DNA from: an uncultured cyanobacterium
GTDB taxonomy: Bacteria; Cyanobacteriota; Cyanobacteriia; PCC-9006; JAAUQQ01
Assembly: GCA_963718615.1 (NCBI GenBank)
Contig: OY970368.1
Span: 4,544,001 to 4,608,000, forward strand
DNA: 64,000 nt
Reading direction: 5' to 3'
Program-made: the position numbers and the translations under genes
The notes under the pieces: generated by a model
Told to the model about the DNA's origin: nothing
Seen by the model: the letters and a program-made list of their open reading frames with translations, nothing else
Database searches by the model: none
Part shown: piece by piece, positions 20,003 to 29,547 of the stretch
Layout of the letters: the number at the start of each line of letters is the position of its first letter
Numbering within the stretch: the first letter of the stretch is position 1

Positions 20003-21418
20003 TTATAGAACCCGGCCAGAGGCAGAGCGTTTTAGGTAGCGGCCCATGCCTGCTCGTCCTAGCCACTGTTCACCCTCAACAATCAGCTCACCCCGCAGGA
20101 AAACTTTCTTGACTTTGCCCTGGACATTGCGACCCTCAAAAAGAGAATAGTCCACATTGGAATGCTGGGTACTGGCGCTGAGGGTATGGCGTTGGTTGGG
20201 ATCAAATAACACAATGTCGGCGTCGCTGCCAACGGCGATCGTGCCTTTTTGCGGGAATAGACCAAACATTTTGGCCGGGGCTGTGGCGGTCAATTGAACA
20301 AAGCGGTTAAGGGTGATTTTGCCAGCTTGGACACCGCCGTCATACAACAGCTCTAGGCGCAGTTCTACCCCCGGTGCACCATTGGGAATTTTGTTGAAGT
20401 TGTCCAGGCCAAAGCGTTTAGATTTGAGAATACCTTGGGGGTTTTCGTTGAAGCAAAAAGGGCAGTGATCGGTGGAGACAATTTGCAAATCATCGAACCG
20501 CAGGCCGCGCCAGAGGGCATGCTGGCAATGGTGATCCCGTAGGGGTGGGGTCATGATGTACTTGGCGCTTTCAAACCCAGGGCGGTCATATTCCGATTGG
20601 TCTAGAAACAAGTAGTGAGGGCAAGTTTCTGCAAAGGCAGGGATACCGCGATCGCGCGCCTCCACCACTGCATCCAAAGCCTCTTTGGCCGAAAGATGCA
20701 CAATATACACCGGTACCTCCGCCAACTCCGCAATGCGAATCACCCGATGGGCGGCTTCCCCTTCCATGAGTTGGGGCCGGGTGAGTTGGTGAAATTTAGG
20801 AGAAGTATTGCCCTTGGCGAGGGCTTCTTCAATCAGCGCCTGAATGACAACGCCGTTTTCTGCATGGAGATTGACCATGCCGCCATAGTCGCCAGTGGCC
20901 CGCATGGTGCGATAAATATCAGCATCGTCCACCATCAGGACACCGGGGTAAGCCATGTAAAGCTTAAAGCTTGAAACCCCATCGCGCCCAATCACATCGG
21001 GCAGCTCTGCCAAAGTCTCAGCGTTGATATCAGTAAGAATAATATGAAAGCCATAGTCGACAAAGCACTGGGGTTCGGCTGTGGCCAAGCGGCGATCTAG
21101 GGCCTGTTTGGGGGTATCGCCTTTAAACTGTTGGGCGAAGTCAATAATAGTTGTAGTTCCCCCAAAGGCGGCTGATCGGGTACCGCTCTCGAAGCTGTCG
21201 CAGGTGTAAACACCTTTGCCCATGGGGGTTTCCATGTGCACATGGACATCCACACCACCCGGCAGGACCAGCAAATCTGAGGCGTCATGAACTTGGGCAT
21301 CGGCTACGGTCAGGCTGCGGCCAATGGCTTCTACTCGGCCATTTTCCAGCAAAATATCAGCCACATAGTCGTCTACTGCGGTGACGATGCGGCCTCCTTT
21401 GATTAGTACTTTGTCCAT
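20003..21418 (-). CDS. hydA: Dihydropyrimidinase / hydantoinase
   Basis: PGGVDVHVH, GGTTTIIDF, SSFKLYMAY, ETCPHYL, STDHCPF. Confidence 0.93.
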   Translation of the reverse strand: MDKVLIKGGRIVTAVDDYVADILLENGRVEAIGRSLTVADAQVHDASDLLVLPGGVDVHVHMETPMGKGVYTCDSFESGTRSAAFGGTTTIIDFAQQFKGDTPKQALDRRLATAEPQCFVDYGFHIILTDINAETLAELPDVIGRDGVSSFKLYMAYPGVLMVDDADIYRTMRATGDYGGMVNLHAENGVVIQALIEEALAKGNTSPKFHQLTRPQLMEGEAAHRVIRIAELAEVPVYIVHLSAKEALDAVVEARDRGIPAFAETCPHYLFLDQSEYDRPGFESAKYIMTPPLRDHHCQHALWRGLRFDDLQIVSTDHCPFCFNENPQGILKSKRFGLDNFNKIPNGAPGVELRLELLYDGGVQAGKITLNRFVQLTATAPAKMFGLFPQKGTIAVGSDADIVLFDPNQRHTLSASTQHSNVDYSLFEGRNVQGKVKKVFLRGELIVEGEQWLGRAGMGRYLKRSASGRVL

Positions 21419-21624
21419 TTAGTAGAATTCTCCTGTGCAGTCTCTGAGCCATGGTTTATCACTAGCATCCTCTTGGTGGCTGGTTGCTTGTTTAGAGGCA
21501 CTAGTGCTTTCTAGTTTGGCAGCGATCGCCCCAAGAAATTGTCTATATTGAATCCGTTAAATTCTATGATTTATGCAAGAGGTCTATTGTATAGCGGTTG
21601 CTCCTGGAGTAGGTCCTTGGAGCA

Positions 21625-21828
21625 GTGTTTCTGGGGATGCTGGAACTGCCAGATCTGGAGTGGTTAATCGAGTCGCTGAATGCGGAGGTGGCGGAGCGCC
21701 AAGCCCAGGTGACAAGACCAGCTTCGGAGCTGGAAGGCTGGACGCCGGAGTTTCGCAAGTGTGGAAAGATGAATTGCTGGTGTGCGGCGGCGGCGCAGGG
21801 CCATGACCGATACCTGTCCAAGTGTTAA
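21625..21828 (+). pseudogene. DUF6788-like Zn-motif fragment
   Basis: RKCGKMNCWC...GH motif; short, with in-frame stops just upstream of the GTG. Confidence 0.45.
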
Positions 21829-21963
21829 TTATTGCTGAGATAAAAGTCTGGCCGTAGAAACGTGTGGCTTTTTGGGATCGCGCACTAGCGGGGGCTTGTT
21901 TTTTGACCTTCCCCCAAGAAAGTGGACATTCGCAATGAGTCGTCAATGAAGGAGAATGTTCAA

Positions 21964-22272
21964 ATGACAAAAAAACCACGCCGCCTGTTTACGGATGAGC
22001 AGAAAGCAGAAGCCGTCAATATTGTGAAGCAATCTGGAAAGCCAGTCAGCCAGGTTGCCAAGGAAATGGGATTGACCGAAAGTGCTCTGCGCAAATGGGT
22101 CAAGCAATCCCAAATTGACGCACAACCCAGAATCGAGGGTGAACTAACAAGTGCAGAACAGCAAGAACTCTTGATGCTGCGACATGAACTCAAGCGCGTC
22201 AAGATGGAGCGTGATTTCCTAAAAAAGGCAGCGACCTTCTTCGCAAAGGAAAGCTCCGACCCTACGAGCTAA
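21964..22272 (+). CDS. IS3 transposase OrfA (HTH)
   Basis: RRLFTDEQKAEAV...VAKEMG...ERDFLKKA; A6G slippery site at 22221-22227 for -1 frameshift into OrfB. Confidence 0.9.
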   Translation: MTKKPRRLFTDEQKAEAVNIVKQSGKPVSQVAKEMGLTESALRKWVKQSQIDAQPRIEGELTSAEQQELLMLRHELKRVKMERDFLKKAATFFAKESSDPTS

Positions 22273-22301
22273 TCCATGCAGAGAAGGTCAATTTCCCTAT
22301 C

Positions 22302-23144
22302 ATGCTGATGTGTCGCGTGTTGAATTTAACGCGCAGTGGCTATTACGCCTGGTGTAAACGTCAAAGCTCTCCGCGAGCCAAGGAGAATCGGATTCTGTCT
22401 GAGCAGATTGTTGAAATTTTCGAGGCGAGTCGGGGTACTTATGGCTCTCCCCGGATGCATGAAGCCTTGTTGAAGCGCGGCTTTGAGGTGGGACTCAATC
22501 GGGTGGCTCGCTTGATGGCTGAGCTTGGGCTTCGCGCTCGCCCGAAGCGTAAATTCAAGACCACCACTGATTCTGAGCATTCTTTCCCAATTTCAGATAA
22601 TCTTTTGAATCGGGAGTTTAAGACCACGGAACCGGACCGAGTTTGGGTAGCTGATATAACTTATATTTGGACAGGAGAAGGTTGGTTATACTTGGCTATC
22701 ATCATTGACCTGTTTTCTCGTCGAGTAGTGGGTTGGTCGATGGCAGACCACATGCGTACCGAGCTAGTTTTGACGGCATTGGAGGCAGCTTTAGGGCAGC
22801 GTCAAGCCTCACTTCAGGGCTTGATATTTCACTCTGACCGAGGCAGTCAATATGCGAGCAACGACTATCAGATTGCTTTGCGAAATGCGGGTATTCAAGG
22901 CAGTATGAGTCGTCGTGCAAATTGCTGGGATAATGCAGTTGCAGAGAGTTTCTTTGGTACAATCAAAACTGAGTTTATCCATTCAAGAGTTTTCGCTGAT
23001 TATGCCGAGGCTAAAACCGCAATCGCTGAGTGGATTGAGGTTTTCTATAATCGACAACGAATTCATTCAACGATTGGATTTCTCTCCCCTGTTCGATTTG
23101 AAGAGGAGTATTGGCTCTCTCTAAGTCAACCTCTCACAGCTTAA
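22302..23144 (+). CDS. IS3 transposase OrfB (DDE/rve)
   Basis: WVADITY, IFHSDRGSQY, CWDNAVAESFF. Confidence 0.93.
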   Translation: MLMCRVLNLTRSGYYAWCKRQSSPRAKENRILSEQIVEIFEASRGTYGSPRMHEALLKRGFEVGLNRVARLMAELGLRARPKRKFKTTTDSEHSFPISDNLLNREFKTTEPDRVWVADITYIWTGEGWLYLAIIIDLFSRRVVGWSMADHMRTELVLTALEAALGQRQASLQGLIFHSDRGSQYASNDYQIALRNAGIQGSMSRRANCWDNAVAESFFGTIKTEFIHSRVFADYAEAKTAIAEWIEVFYNRQRIHSTIGFLSPVRFEEEYWLSLSQPLTA

Positions 23145-23172
23145 GTTTACTGTCTACTTCTTCGGGGGAACA

Positions 23173-23514
23173 TCAGGGTTTATCAAAAACAACTTTGCCG
23201 AGGGGCGATCGCCGAGCCAGAATGTATTCGGGATAGCCTGAGAGTTTTGTGTCTGCATTGAGGGCTTCGTGGCTCCAGAGGAGGAGGCGATCGCGATAGG
23301 CTTTCCAAACTTCTTTGAGAATGGGATAGACCAGATTTTCACAAATCGCAAATTCAGAATTGTTGACGACGGCGTCTTGGAGGGTGAGCCGCAGGTCGTC
23401 TCGGAAGTAGTCGGAGAGGGGAAAGGCTAGGGTCTGAACAAAGTCGGCTTCGTGGTAGCGGATTTGGAATTCTTGTACGACTTTGCCGAGGTCTTTGAAT
23501 TGGCTAAAGGCCAT
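23173..23514 (-). pseudogene. Cyanobacterial hypothetical (probable PD-(D/E)XK-fold family) truncated by IS3
   Basis: Its stop codon is supplied by the IS end (23173-23175). It ends at ...KVVFDKP, just before the VEAK motif I recall for this family. Confidence 0.7.
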
Positions 23515-25613
23515 GGGGGTTAAACCTAGGGGATGACTGAGTGTTACAGACCAAAGATGCCTTTGATTAGGGGTTGAAGTTTGTTCCAGGCTGTCAGGAG
23601 GCCGGTGGTGCCGGTGAGGGTGGCGGTGGCGGTGGTGATGATGCCGGTGAGCATTTGCAGGGCGCGCTTGGCAAGGGTTTTCTGTTCGGGTTGTTGGGGG
23701 GATTGTCCGGCTTGGGCGAGGGTTTGGATTTGGCTGAGGGCTTCGGCTTTGTCGTCTTCGCTGAGGTTGGGGTCGGTTTGGAGGGCGGTTTGGAGTTGGG
23801 TGAGGAGGTCTTTGAGGTTGGGTTGGGTGCTGTCGGGGGTGTCGGGGAGTTGGTTGATTGTGTTCGTCACTTGGCCGCTGATGTCGCCGAGGTTGATGGT
23901 GCTGCCGCTGGTGGTCATGGTGCCGGTGTTGACGACGCTGCCGGAGCCGGTGTTGATGGAGGTTTTGTCTTGTTCAGTCATGTTGTGATTTCCTTGGGTT
24001 TGGCTAACGGTGATTTGGGCGGGTGTTGAAGGCTGACCTTGGAGGGCAAGAATCGCGATATCTTTAGCGTCGGCGGCGCGGAGGAGATGAAGTTCTTCGA
24101 CTTTGCCTTCAAGTTGTTTGATTCGATCGTAAGCCTGAAGCAGGGAGCGCTCAATTTGCCCTTTGTCAGTATTTTCAGGGACTTCGATAGCCAACAAGAC
24201 ATCGTTACCTTTATGTTCCATCTCCAGGCGTTGGATAGAGAGATTAGGGTGTTCTTGCATCAGTTGCTGCAACACAGAATTAAATTCTTGCTGCGTAGTG
24301 CAATGTCTCAGCAGTACTTCAACAATATTGTTAGTTTTTGATAGGATCTTTTCAAACTCACCGGGTTCGTAGAGGCGATCGGGATCATGAGGTCGACGTT
24401 CACGACGTCCCTGAGCGTCAGGATGTTCTCGTAAGAAACAAAATTGGCAGTTAATGTCATTCAGAATCGCCTTGTCAATGTTCCATGATTCAATACAAGC
24501 TCCAGTTAGATAAGCTCCAGTCAAATCTGCGCCAATTAGTTTTGTTTCAGCAAGGTTCGTATTTTGAAGATCTGCACTTCTCAAACTAGATTCACTGAGA
24601 TCAGCGTATTTAAAAACGTAACCATTAAGTTTTGCTCCATCAAGATTAATCCCACGTAGATTTGTATTTATGAATTTTGAGGTTTTACCATCTATACCGA
24701 CGAGGAGTGGCAACAGATTGAAATTAGCAAGAATAAACTCATCAGGCTCAGCTTTTTCGAGACCTCTTACCTCCTTGAAGTAAGCTCGAGTAAGCATCGT
24801 ACTTTGCTTACAAGAAGTGGCAAAGCTAGTATTCTTAAGTAAAGCTTGATAGAAATTAGCTTCGGTTACATTCGCACCGCGAAAGGATGTACCACGATAT
24901 GCTTCGAGAGTAACACCAAAAGATCGAATAAAAGAAAACTTTTCATTCTTATTGTAAACCTGAAAAACAACAAAGAAGATCAGTAACAGGAATGGTACTG
25001 CGACTAAAATAGCGCTTCCTGTCACTCCTGCAATCAAATTTACATATCGACTCACAAGGATAAAGATAGCTATACCAATAGCTGATCCAGTGATTGCGAA
25101 AATGTTGATGCAGAAGCGAAGACAGGATTAGAGAAGTTTGCCTATAGTTAAGACAAAAAACGGACCAAGCACTGCACTAGCAGAAGGGAAAGATTGGAAC
25201 CCAAGTATAATTACAATTATGAATGTAGATATGTTTAGTATGCTTTTGATTCTTGTAGAGGCTAAGCCTGATTGTGCGATGCAGAAGCACAAGGCGATCT
25301 CGTATATTAGGGCGAAAGCGGCTTGATAATAGCCGTATGGCTGAATAGCGTTTGAACTGCAAGAATATGCGATAACAGCACCGCCCACAAGCATAGCAAG
25401 AGAGTTCAAGGTTATTTGCACTATCAAAGTGATAATAACTGGAGCTGCAATCCATCGCTTCTGCAACCCAGCCTTTGCCCCAGAAAAGTTCACCCCTCGC
25501 AGGATCGCATCAGTAAAATCAGCCCCTCGAATATCCACCCCCGAAAAATCCGCCCCCGAGAGATCCTGCCCCCGAAAGTTTGCCCCCCGCAAATTCGCGT
25601 TGCAAAAATTCCG

Positions 25614-26518
25614 GGTAGTGCTTTTATGTAAAGGATAAAGAAAAACAGAGTGAAGCAGTTGTAGTCAATAGGAGCTGAAGATAAAGGGAAAGAAGGGAAA
25701 ACTGTTGTAGAAACGAGGAGCGGTTGTAGGAGAAAGGAAAAGATGACCATAGAACGTACTTGCCCGACCTGTGGCTCCCACGACATTTCCAAGAACGGCA
25801 CAACCCGCCGAGGCAAACAAAACTACAAATGCCGAGACTGCAACCGACAGTTTGTCGAAGACCCCCAGTGGAAGCCGAAAGACAAAGACACCCAGAGTTT
25901 GATAGACCTGCTGCTGCTAGAGAAAATTCCCCTGGCAGGGATTGCTAGAGCAACGGGCGTTTCGAGTAGCTGGCTGCAAGATTACGTCAATGAACACTAT
26001 AAGGCGGTGCCCCAAAAGGCAGAGGTACTGCCCAAAGCGAAAGGAAGGCTGAGGGTGCAAATGGATGAGCTATGGTCCTTTGTGGACCATAAGGGCAACA
26101 AGCAATGGGTCTGGATAGCTTTGGATGCGAACACCCGAGAGGTGATTGGCTGCCACATCGGCGACCGCTCCCGAGCATCAGCCGTGGCGTTATGGCAATC
26201 CTTACCGTCGGTGTATCGGCAATGCGCCACGGTCTATACGGATTTTTGGGAAGCCTACGAGAGTGTGATTCCAGCGCAGCGTCATCGTGCCGTCAGCAAA
26301 GACAGTGGGTTGACGAGCTACATCGAAAGGTTCAACAACACCCTGAGGCAGAGGGTTTCGCGCCTAGTGAGAAAAACCTTGTCTTTCTCCAAGAAGCTGG
26401 ACAACCATATCGGTGCAATTTGGAATTTCATTCATGAGTACAACCGTCTAATCAGAGAAAAGATGCTGAACAACCAGCCCAATGATATTTTCTCCATCCT
26501 TTACTAAAGGGGACTACC
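25614..26518 (+). mobile_element. IS1-family insertion sequence (905 bp) with 8-bp target duplication
   Basis: IRs GGTAGTGCTTTTATGTAAAGGA / TCCTTTACTAAAGGGGACTACC (17/22); AAATTCCG at 25606-25613 and 26519-26526. Confidence 0.95.
25743..26507 (+). CDS. IS1 transposase, InsA-InsB in one frame
   Basis: CPTC...YKCRDC zinc finger; MDELWSFV, YTDFW, IERFNNTLRQR...RKTLSFSK. Confidence 0.93.
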   Translation: MTIERTCPTCGSHDISKNGTTRRGKQNYKCRDCNRQFVEDPQWKPKDKDTQSLIDLLLLEKIPLAGIARATGVSSSWLQDYVNEHYKAVPQKAEVLPKAKGRLRVQMDELWSFVDHKGNKQWVWIALDANTREVIGCHIGDRSRASAVALWQSLPSVYRQCATVYTDFWEAYESVIPAQRHRAVSKDSGLTSYIERFNNTLRQRVSRLVRKTLSFSKKLDNHIGAIWNFIHEYNRLIREKMLNNQPNDIFSILY

Positions 26519-26680
26519 AAATTCCGCTCCCCCGCCCGGTAGCGCGCCATCACCTCACGAGCCTTCATCGATTCGCCCCAAATCAACGACAACACGAGAC
26601 AACCCTTCGTCTCCAGTGTCCCACAGGTCCCCAGAGAGCCGATACCCCAACGCCGAACTAATCGCTAAACTAGAAGAATC

Positions 26681-27043
26681 ATGACCACCGTAGCCATCCT
26701 CCCCACCTCCAACGCAGCAGGCGAAAGAATCTACCGGGCGATCGCCGGAGACAAACAGTCCATCGGCAAAACCGCCGGAGAAGCCCTCGACGCCCTCACC
26801 CTTCAACTGGACGAAAGCAACCTCGCCCCCCTACTGCTGTTTCAAAGCTTTACCCCCGACTGGTTTTTCAGCGCCGATCAACAGAAACGCCTTGCAGAAC
26901 TCATGCAGCTTTGGCGGGAAGCCCGCGATCGCGATCAGCCCCTCCCCCCAGAACAGCAAGCAGAACTCAACCAACTTGTAGACGCCGAACTCAAAGCAGC
27001 TACAGCCCGCTCCTTGGCTCTCCTTCAGCAAACTGGGCCATGA
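26681..27043 (+). CDS. Small hypothetical protein, probable partner of the HNH nuclease
   Basis: GKTAGEALDAL; helical C-terminus; ATGA overlap with the HNH gene. Confidence 0.75.
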   Translation: MTTVAILPTSNAAGERIYRAIAGDKQSIGKTAGEALDALTLQLDESNLAPLLLFQSFTPDWFFSADQQKRLAELMQLWREARDRDQPLPPEQQAELNQLVDAELKAATARSLALLQQTGP

Positions 27044-27447
27044 ATCCGAACTATCCTCAGGTTGCTGCACGCGCAGAGCACCGCTGCGAATATTGCCGCG
27101 CTCCCGAAATTGTGTTCAATTTTCCCTTTGAAGTCGAACATGTGATTCCTCGCAGTCGTGGCGGCTCCGACGATGGGGCCAACCTTGCCCTTGCCTGCCG
27201 CTCTTGCAATCTCTATAAAAGTGCCCAAATGAGTCAAGTAGACCCGGAGACGGGGCAAGACATTGCGCTTTTTCATCCGCGATCGCAGAGTTGGGAAGAC
27301 CACTTCCAAGTTGATGCAGAACAGGGAACAATCATCGGCAGAACTCCTTCGGGTCGAGTCACAGTGGCTGCGCTGGCTATGAACAGCCCCACGCAAACCA
27401 CTGCCCGACGACTGTGGATCCGATTGAATCTATTTACATATACATGA
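27040..27447 (+). CDS. HNH endonuclease
   Basis: RCEYC, EVEHVIPRSRGG, NLALACRSCN, LFHPR...W.DHF; start at ATG 27040. Confidence 0.9.
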   Translation: MNPNYPQVAARAEHRCEYCRAPEIVFNFPFEVEHVIPRSRGGSDDGANLALACRSCNLYKSAQMSQVDPETGQDIALFHPRSQSWEDHFQVDAEQGTIIGRTPSGRVTVAALAMNSPTQTTARRLWIRLNLFTYT

Positions 27448-27454
27448 TATTTCT

Positions 27455-27538
27455 CAGGGCATCAGTGGTCGCTATCGCTTCATCCATGACCTCCTGCGCA
27501 AACACTTCGCAGCCATGGCAACCCAGCCTCCACACTAA
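27455..27538 (+). pseudogene. C-terminal remnant of a NACHT-associated membrane protein
   Basis: Frame reads QGISGRYRFIHDLLRKHFAAM..., matching the recalled GGRYRFIHDLLREHFA tail. Confidence 0.55.
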
Positions 27539-27631
27539 AAGGAGACCATCGCAATCCGGCCTAGCATTATACGGGGTCTATTTTGGGCATTTCGATGCTA
27601 AAAAAGCACCAGCCCTTCCGCCCCTCCTGTC

Positions 27632-28606
27632 GTGAAGCTTCGCTCCTTTCTGATTTTCACCCTCGTGCTCGGCATCGCCCTGCGCTTCGCCAATCTTTCG
27701 CCCAAACACAAAGCCGTTTCCTGGGCCGAAGTCGAAGCCGCTCTGCAAGCCGCTGGCCATTCCCTCGCCCAAGTCCAATCCCAAATCCAATCCCAAATCC
27801 AATCCCAAATTGCCATCAGCCAAGCAGGCAGCATAGTTGACAACGCAACAATCATCGCTCTGCAATTTCCCCCCGACAACGCACCAGGCTTGCCCCATCC
27901 CCAAACCCTCACCCAGCGACGAATGCTATCGGCAGGACTCAGCCTCGGGTTTTTGCCCTTGGTTTATGGCTTAGCACGGTCCTTCGCGCCGATTCGCACC
28001 ATCGCCCTCTCCCTCACCGCCCTGTCTCCCCTTCATCTGATTGCCGCCCAGGAATCGCTGCCCCTCGTCCAGGGATTTGCCGTCGCGGGACCGGCGGGAC
28101 TTTCCGGCTGGGTCACCCTAGGGCTGGCCGTGGGGTTGCCCATTGCCCTCGCCGAAATGATTGGCGCTGGCTGGCATTCGCCTCGGTTTCGTCCCTGGGC
28201 ACTGCTGGTTTGGCTGGGGTTGAGCGGGGGGGCGATCGCCTACGACGGTCACTACATCCTCAACTTCAGCAGTTGGACCAAAGGCCCCACCAATGCCAAC
28301 TATCCCCTGGCCGAACTGATCCGCAAAGATCCGCACCCCATCGAGACGACCATGGCGACGGATGCCGATACATTGGCGATTTTGAGCTTGAGTCACAATC
28401 TACCAGCGGCCCAATCTTGGTTCATTTTGCCCAAGGCCGGACAACTAGCGGTTCCTCTGGGGGTGTCGGGTGATGTTTATCTCTATCGCCCCTCTACCGA
28501 GCGGTTGGACCAGGCACAATCCCAGGGAGAACTGGAGGCGATCGCCCCGGATCTCTGGCGGCTGAAAACCGTCCTGACGAAGTTCTGTACTCCATTGTTA
28601 AGATAG
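27632..28606 (+). CDS. Membrane protein resembling a shortened GT39/ArnT-like glycosyltransferase
   Basis: LRSFLIFTLVLGIALRFANL.PK N-terminus, ALSPLHLIAAQE, several TM segments, QSQI x3 repeat. Confidence 0.55.
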   Translation: MKLRSFLIFTLVLGIALRFANLSPKHKAVSWAEVEAALQAAGHSLAQVQSQIQSQIQSQIAISQAGSIVDNATIIALQFPPDNAPGLPHPQTLTQRRMLSAGLSLGFLPLVYGLARSFAPIRTIALSLTALSPLHLIAAQESLPLVQGFAVAGPAGLSGWVTLGLAVGLPIALAEMIGAGWHSPRFRPWALLVWLGLSGGAIAYDGHYILNFSSWTKGPTNANYPLAELIRKDPHPIETTMATDADTLAILSLSHNLPAAQSWFILPKAGQLAVPLGVSGDVYLYRPSTERLDQAQSQGELEAIAPDLWRLKTVLTKFCTPLLR

Positions 28607-28712
28607 AAGGCAGAATGCAAGCCATTCCGGCGCAAGATTCCAGCGCAAGACCTCCCCAGATCGAGACCCAAAACCCAGATCTAGTCCAGACCCAGACCCA
28701 GAATCCAGAACT

Positions 28713-29276
28713 ATGGCCGCAGCAATCCTTGTTGAGAAGAAAAAGCTGAAGAATCCTCCCCTTGATGTTTATCAATTGGGCGATCGCGTTCTGCGGCAGC
28801 CCGCAAAGCGCATTACGAAAGTGGACGATAGCCTGCGCAAGCTCATCCGCGAGATGCTGCAAACCATGTACAGCGAAGATGGGATTGGCTTGGCAGCGCC
28901 CCAGGTGGGCGTCAACAAGCAACTGCTGGTGATCGATCTCAATCTGGAAGAAGCTGCAACGCCGCCCCTGGTAATGATTAACCCCGTGATCAAACGCAGC
29001 AGCAAGGACATTGCCCTCGACCAAGAAGGCTGTCTCAGCATCCCCGGCGTGTTTCTCGACGTCAAGCGTCCCGTGGCCATCGAAGTCACCTACAAGGACG
29101 AAAACGGTCGACCCCAAACCCTCCAGGCCACGGATTTACTGGCCCGCGTCATTCAGCATGAACTCGACCACCTCAACGGCGTGCTGTTCGTCGATCGGGT
29201 TGAAAATAAAATTGCCCTGACCCAAGAACTGACAAAACAGGGGTTTGAGACAAAAGCCGTGCGATCATTAACGTGA
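28713..29276 (+). CDS. def: Peptide deformylase
   Basis: GIGLAAPQVG, EGCLS, QHELDHLNG. Confidence 0.97.
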   Translation: MAAAILVEKKKLKNPPLDVYQLGDRVLRQPAKRITKVDDSLRKLIREMLQTMYSEDGIGLAAPQVGVNKQLLVIDLNLEEAATPPLVMINPVIKRSSKDIALDQEGCLSIPGVFLDVKRPVAIEVTYKDENGRPQTLQATDLLARVIQHELDHLNGVLFVDRVENKIALTQELTKQGFETKAVRSLT

Positions 29277-29304
29277 AAGTTTTAACCCTGAATCTCTTAG
29301 ACCT

Positions 29305-29511
29305 TTGATTATGGTTGCTACTCCCAAAAGCTCACTGTTTCTCGGGCTCTGTTGCATTCTGGCGATCGCCGCCACAGGCTGCATTTTTGAACTCTCTTCC
29401 GGCGAACCGGACTTGGGCATGGGGGTCACCGGGGCAATTTTGGCCGTGAGTATTCCCGCCAGTATTGCCTGTTTTTTCCTAGCGGTGCGGGCTGCCCGCG
29501 AAGCGATGTAA
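29305..29511 (+). CDS. Small two-TM hypothetical protein
   Basis: Two hydrophobic helices flanking GCIFELSSGEPDLG; directly after def. Confidence 0.7.
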   Translation: MIMVATPKSSLFLGLCCILAIAATGCIFELSSGEPDLGMGVTGAILAVSIPASIACFFLAVRAAREAM

Positions 29512-29547
29512 ACTGACCCATTCGCTGATTTTCAGGACCGATAGGAC

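Larger units (their letters stand above)
21904..23175 (+). mobile_element. IS3-family insertion sequence (1272 bp)
   Basis: Imperfect 25-bp terminal IRs TGACCTTCCCCCAAGAAAGTGGACA (21904) and TGTCTACTTCTTCGGGGGAACATCA (ends 23175); TG...CA ends; orfA/orfB; no target duplication visible. Confidence 0.93.
23544..26568 (-). pseudogene. Pentapeptide-repeat membrane protein, interrupted by IS1 and an in-frame TAA
   Basis: Removing IS1 restores MKAREVMARYRAGERNFCNANLRGANF from ATG 26568. ORFs 25128-25592 and 23544-25055 share a frame, separated only by the TAA at 25128-25130. Confidence 0.85.

Noticed and set aside
23574-24029. Gly/Val-rich plus-strand ORFs
   Set aside because: Antisense shadows of the pentapeptide gene's C-terminus
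26911-27039. N-terminal extension of the HNH ORF
   Set aside because: Overlaps the upstream gene; ATGA coupling at 27040 is the more plausible start
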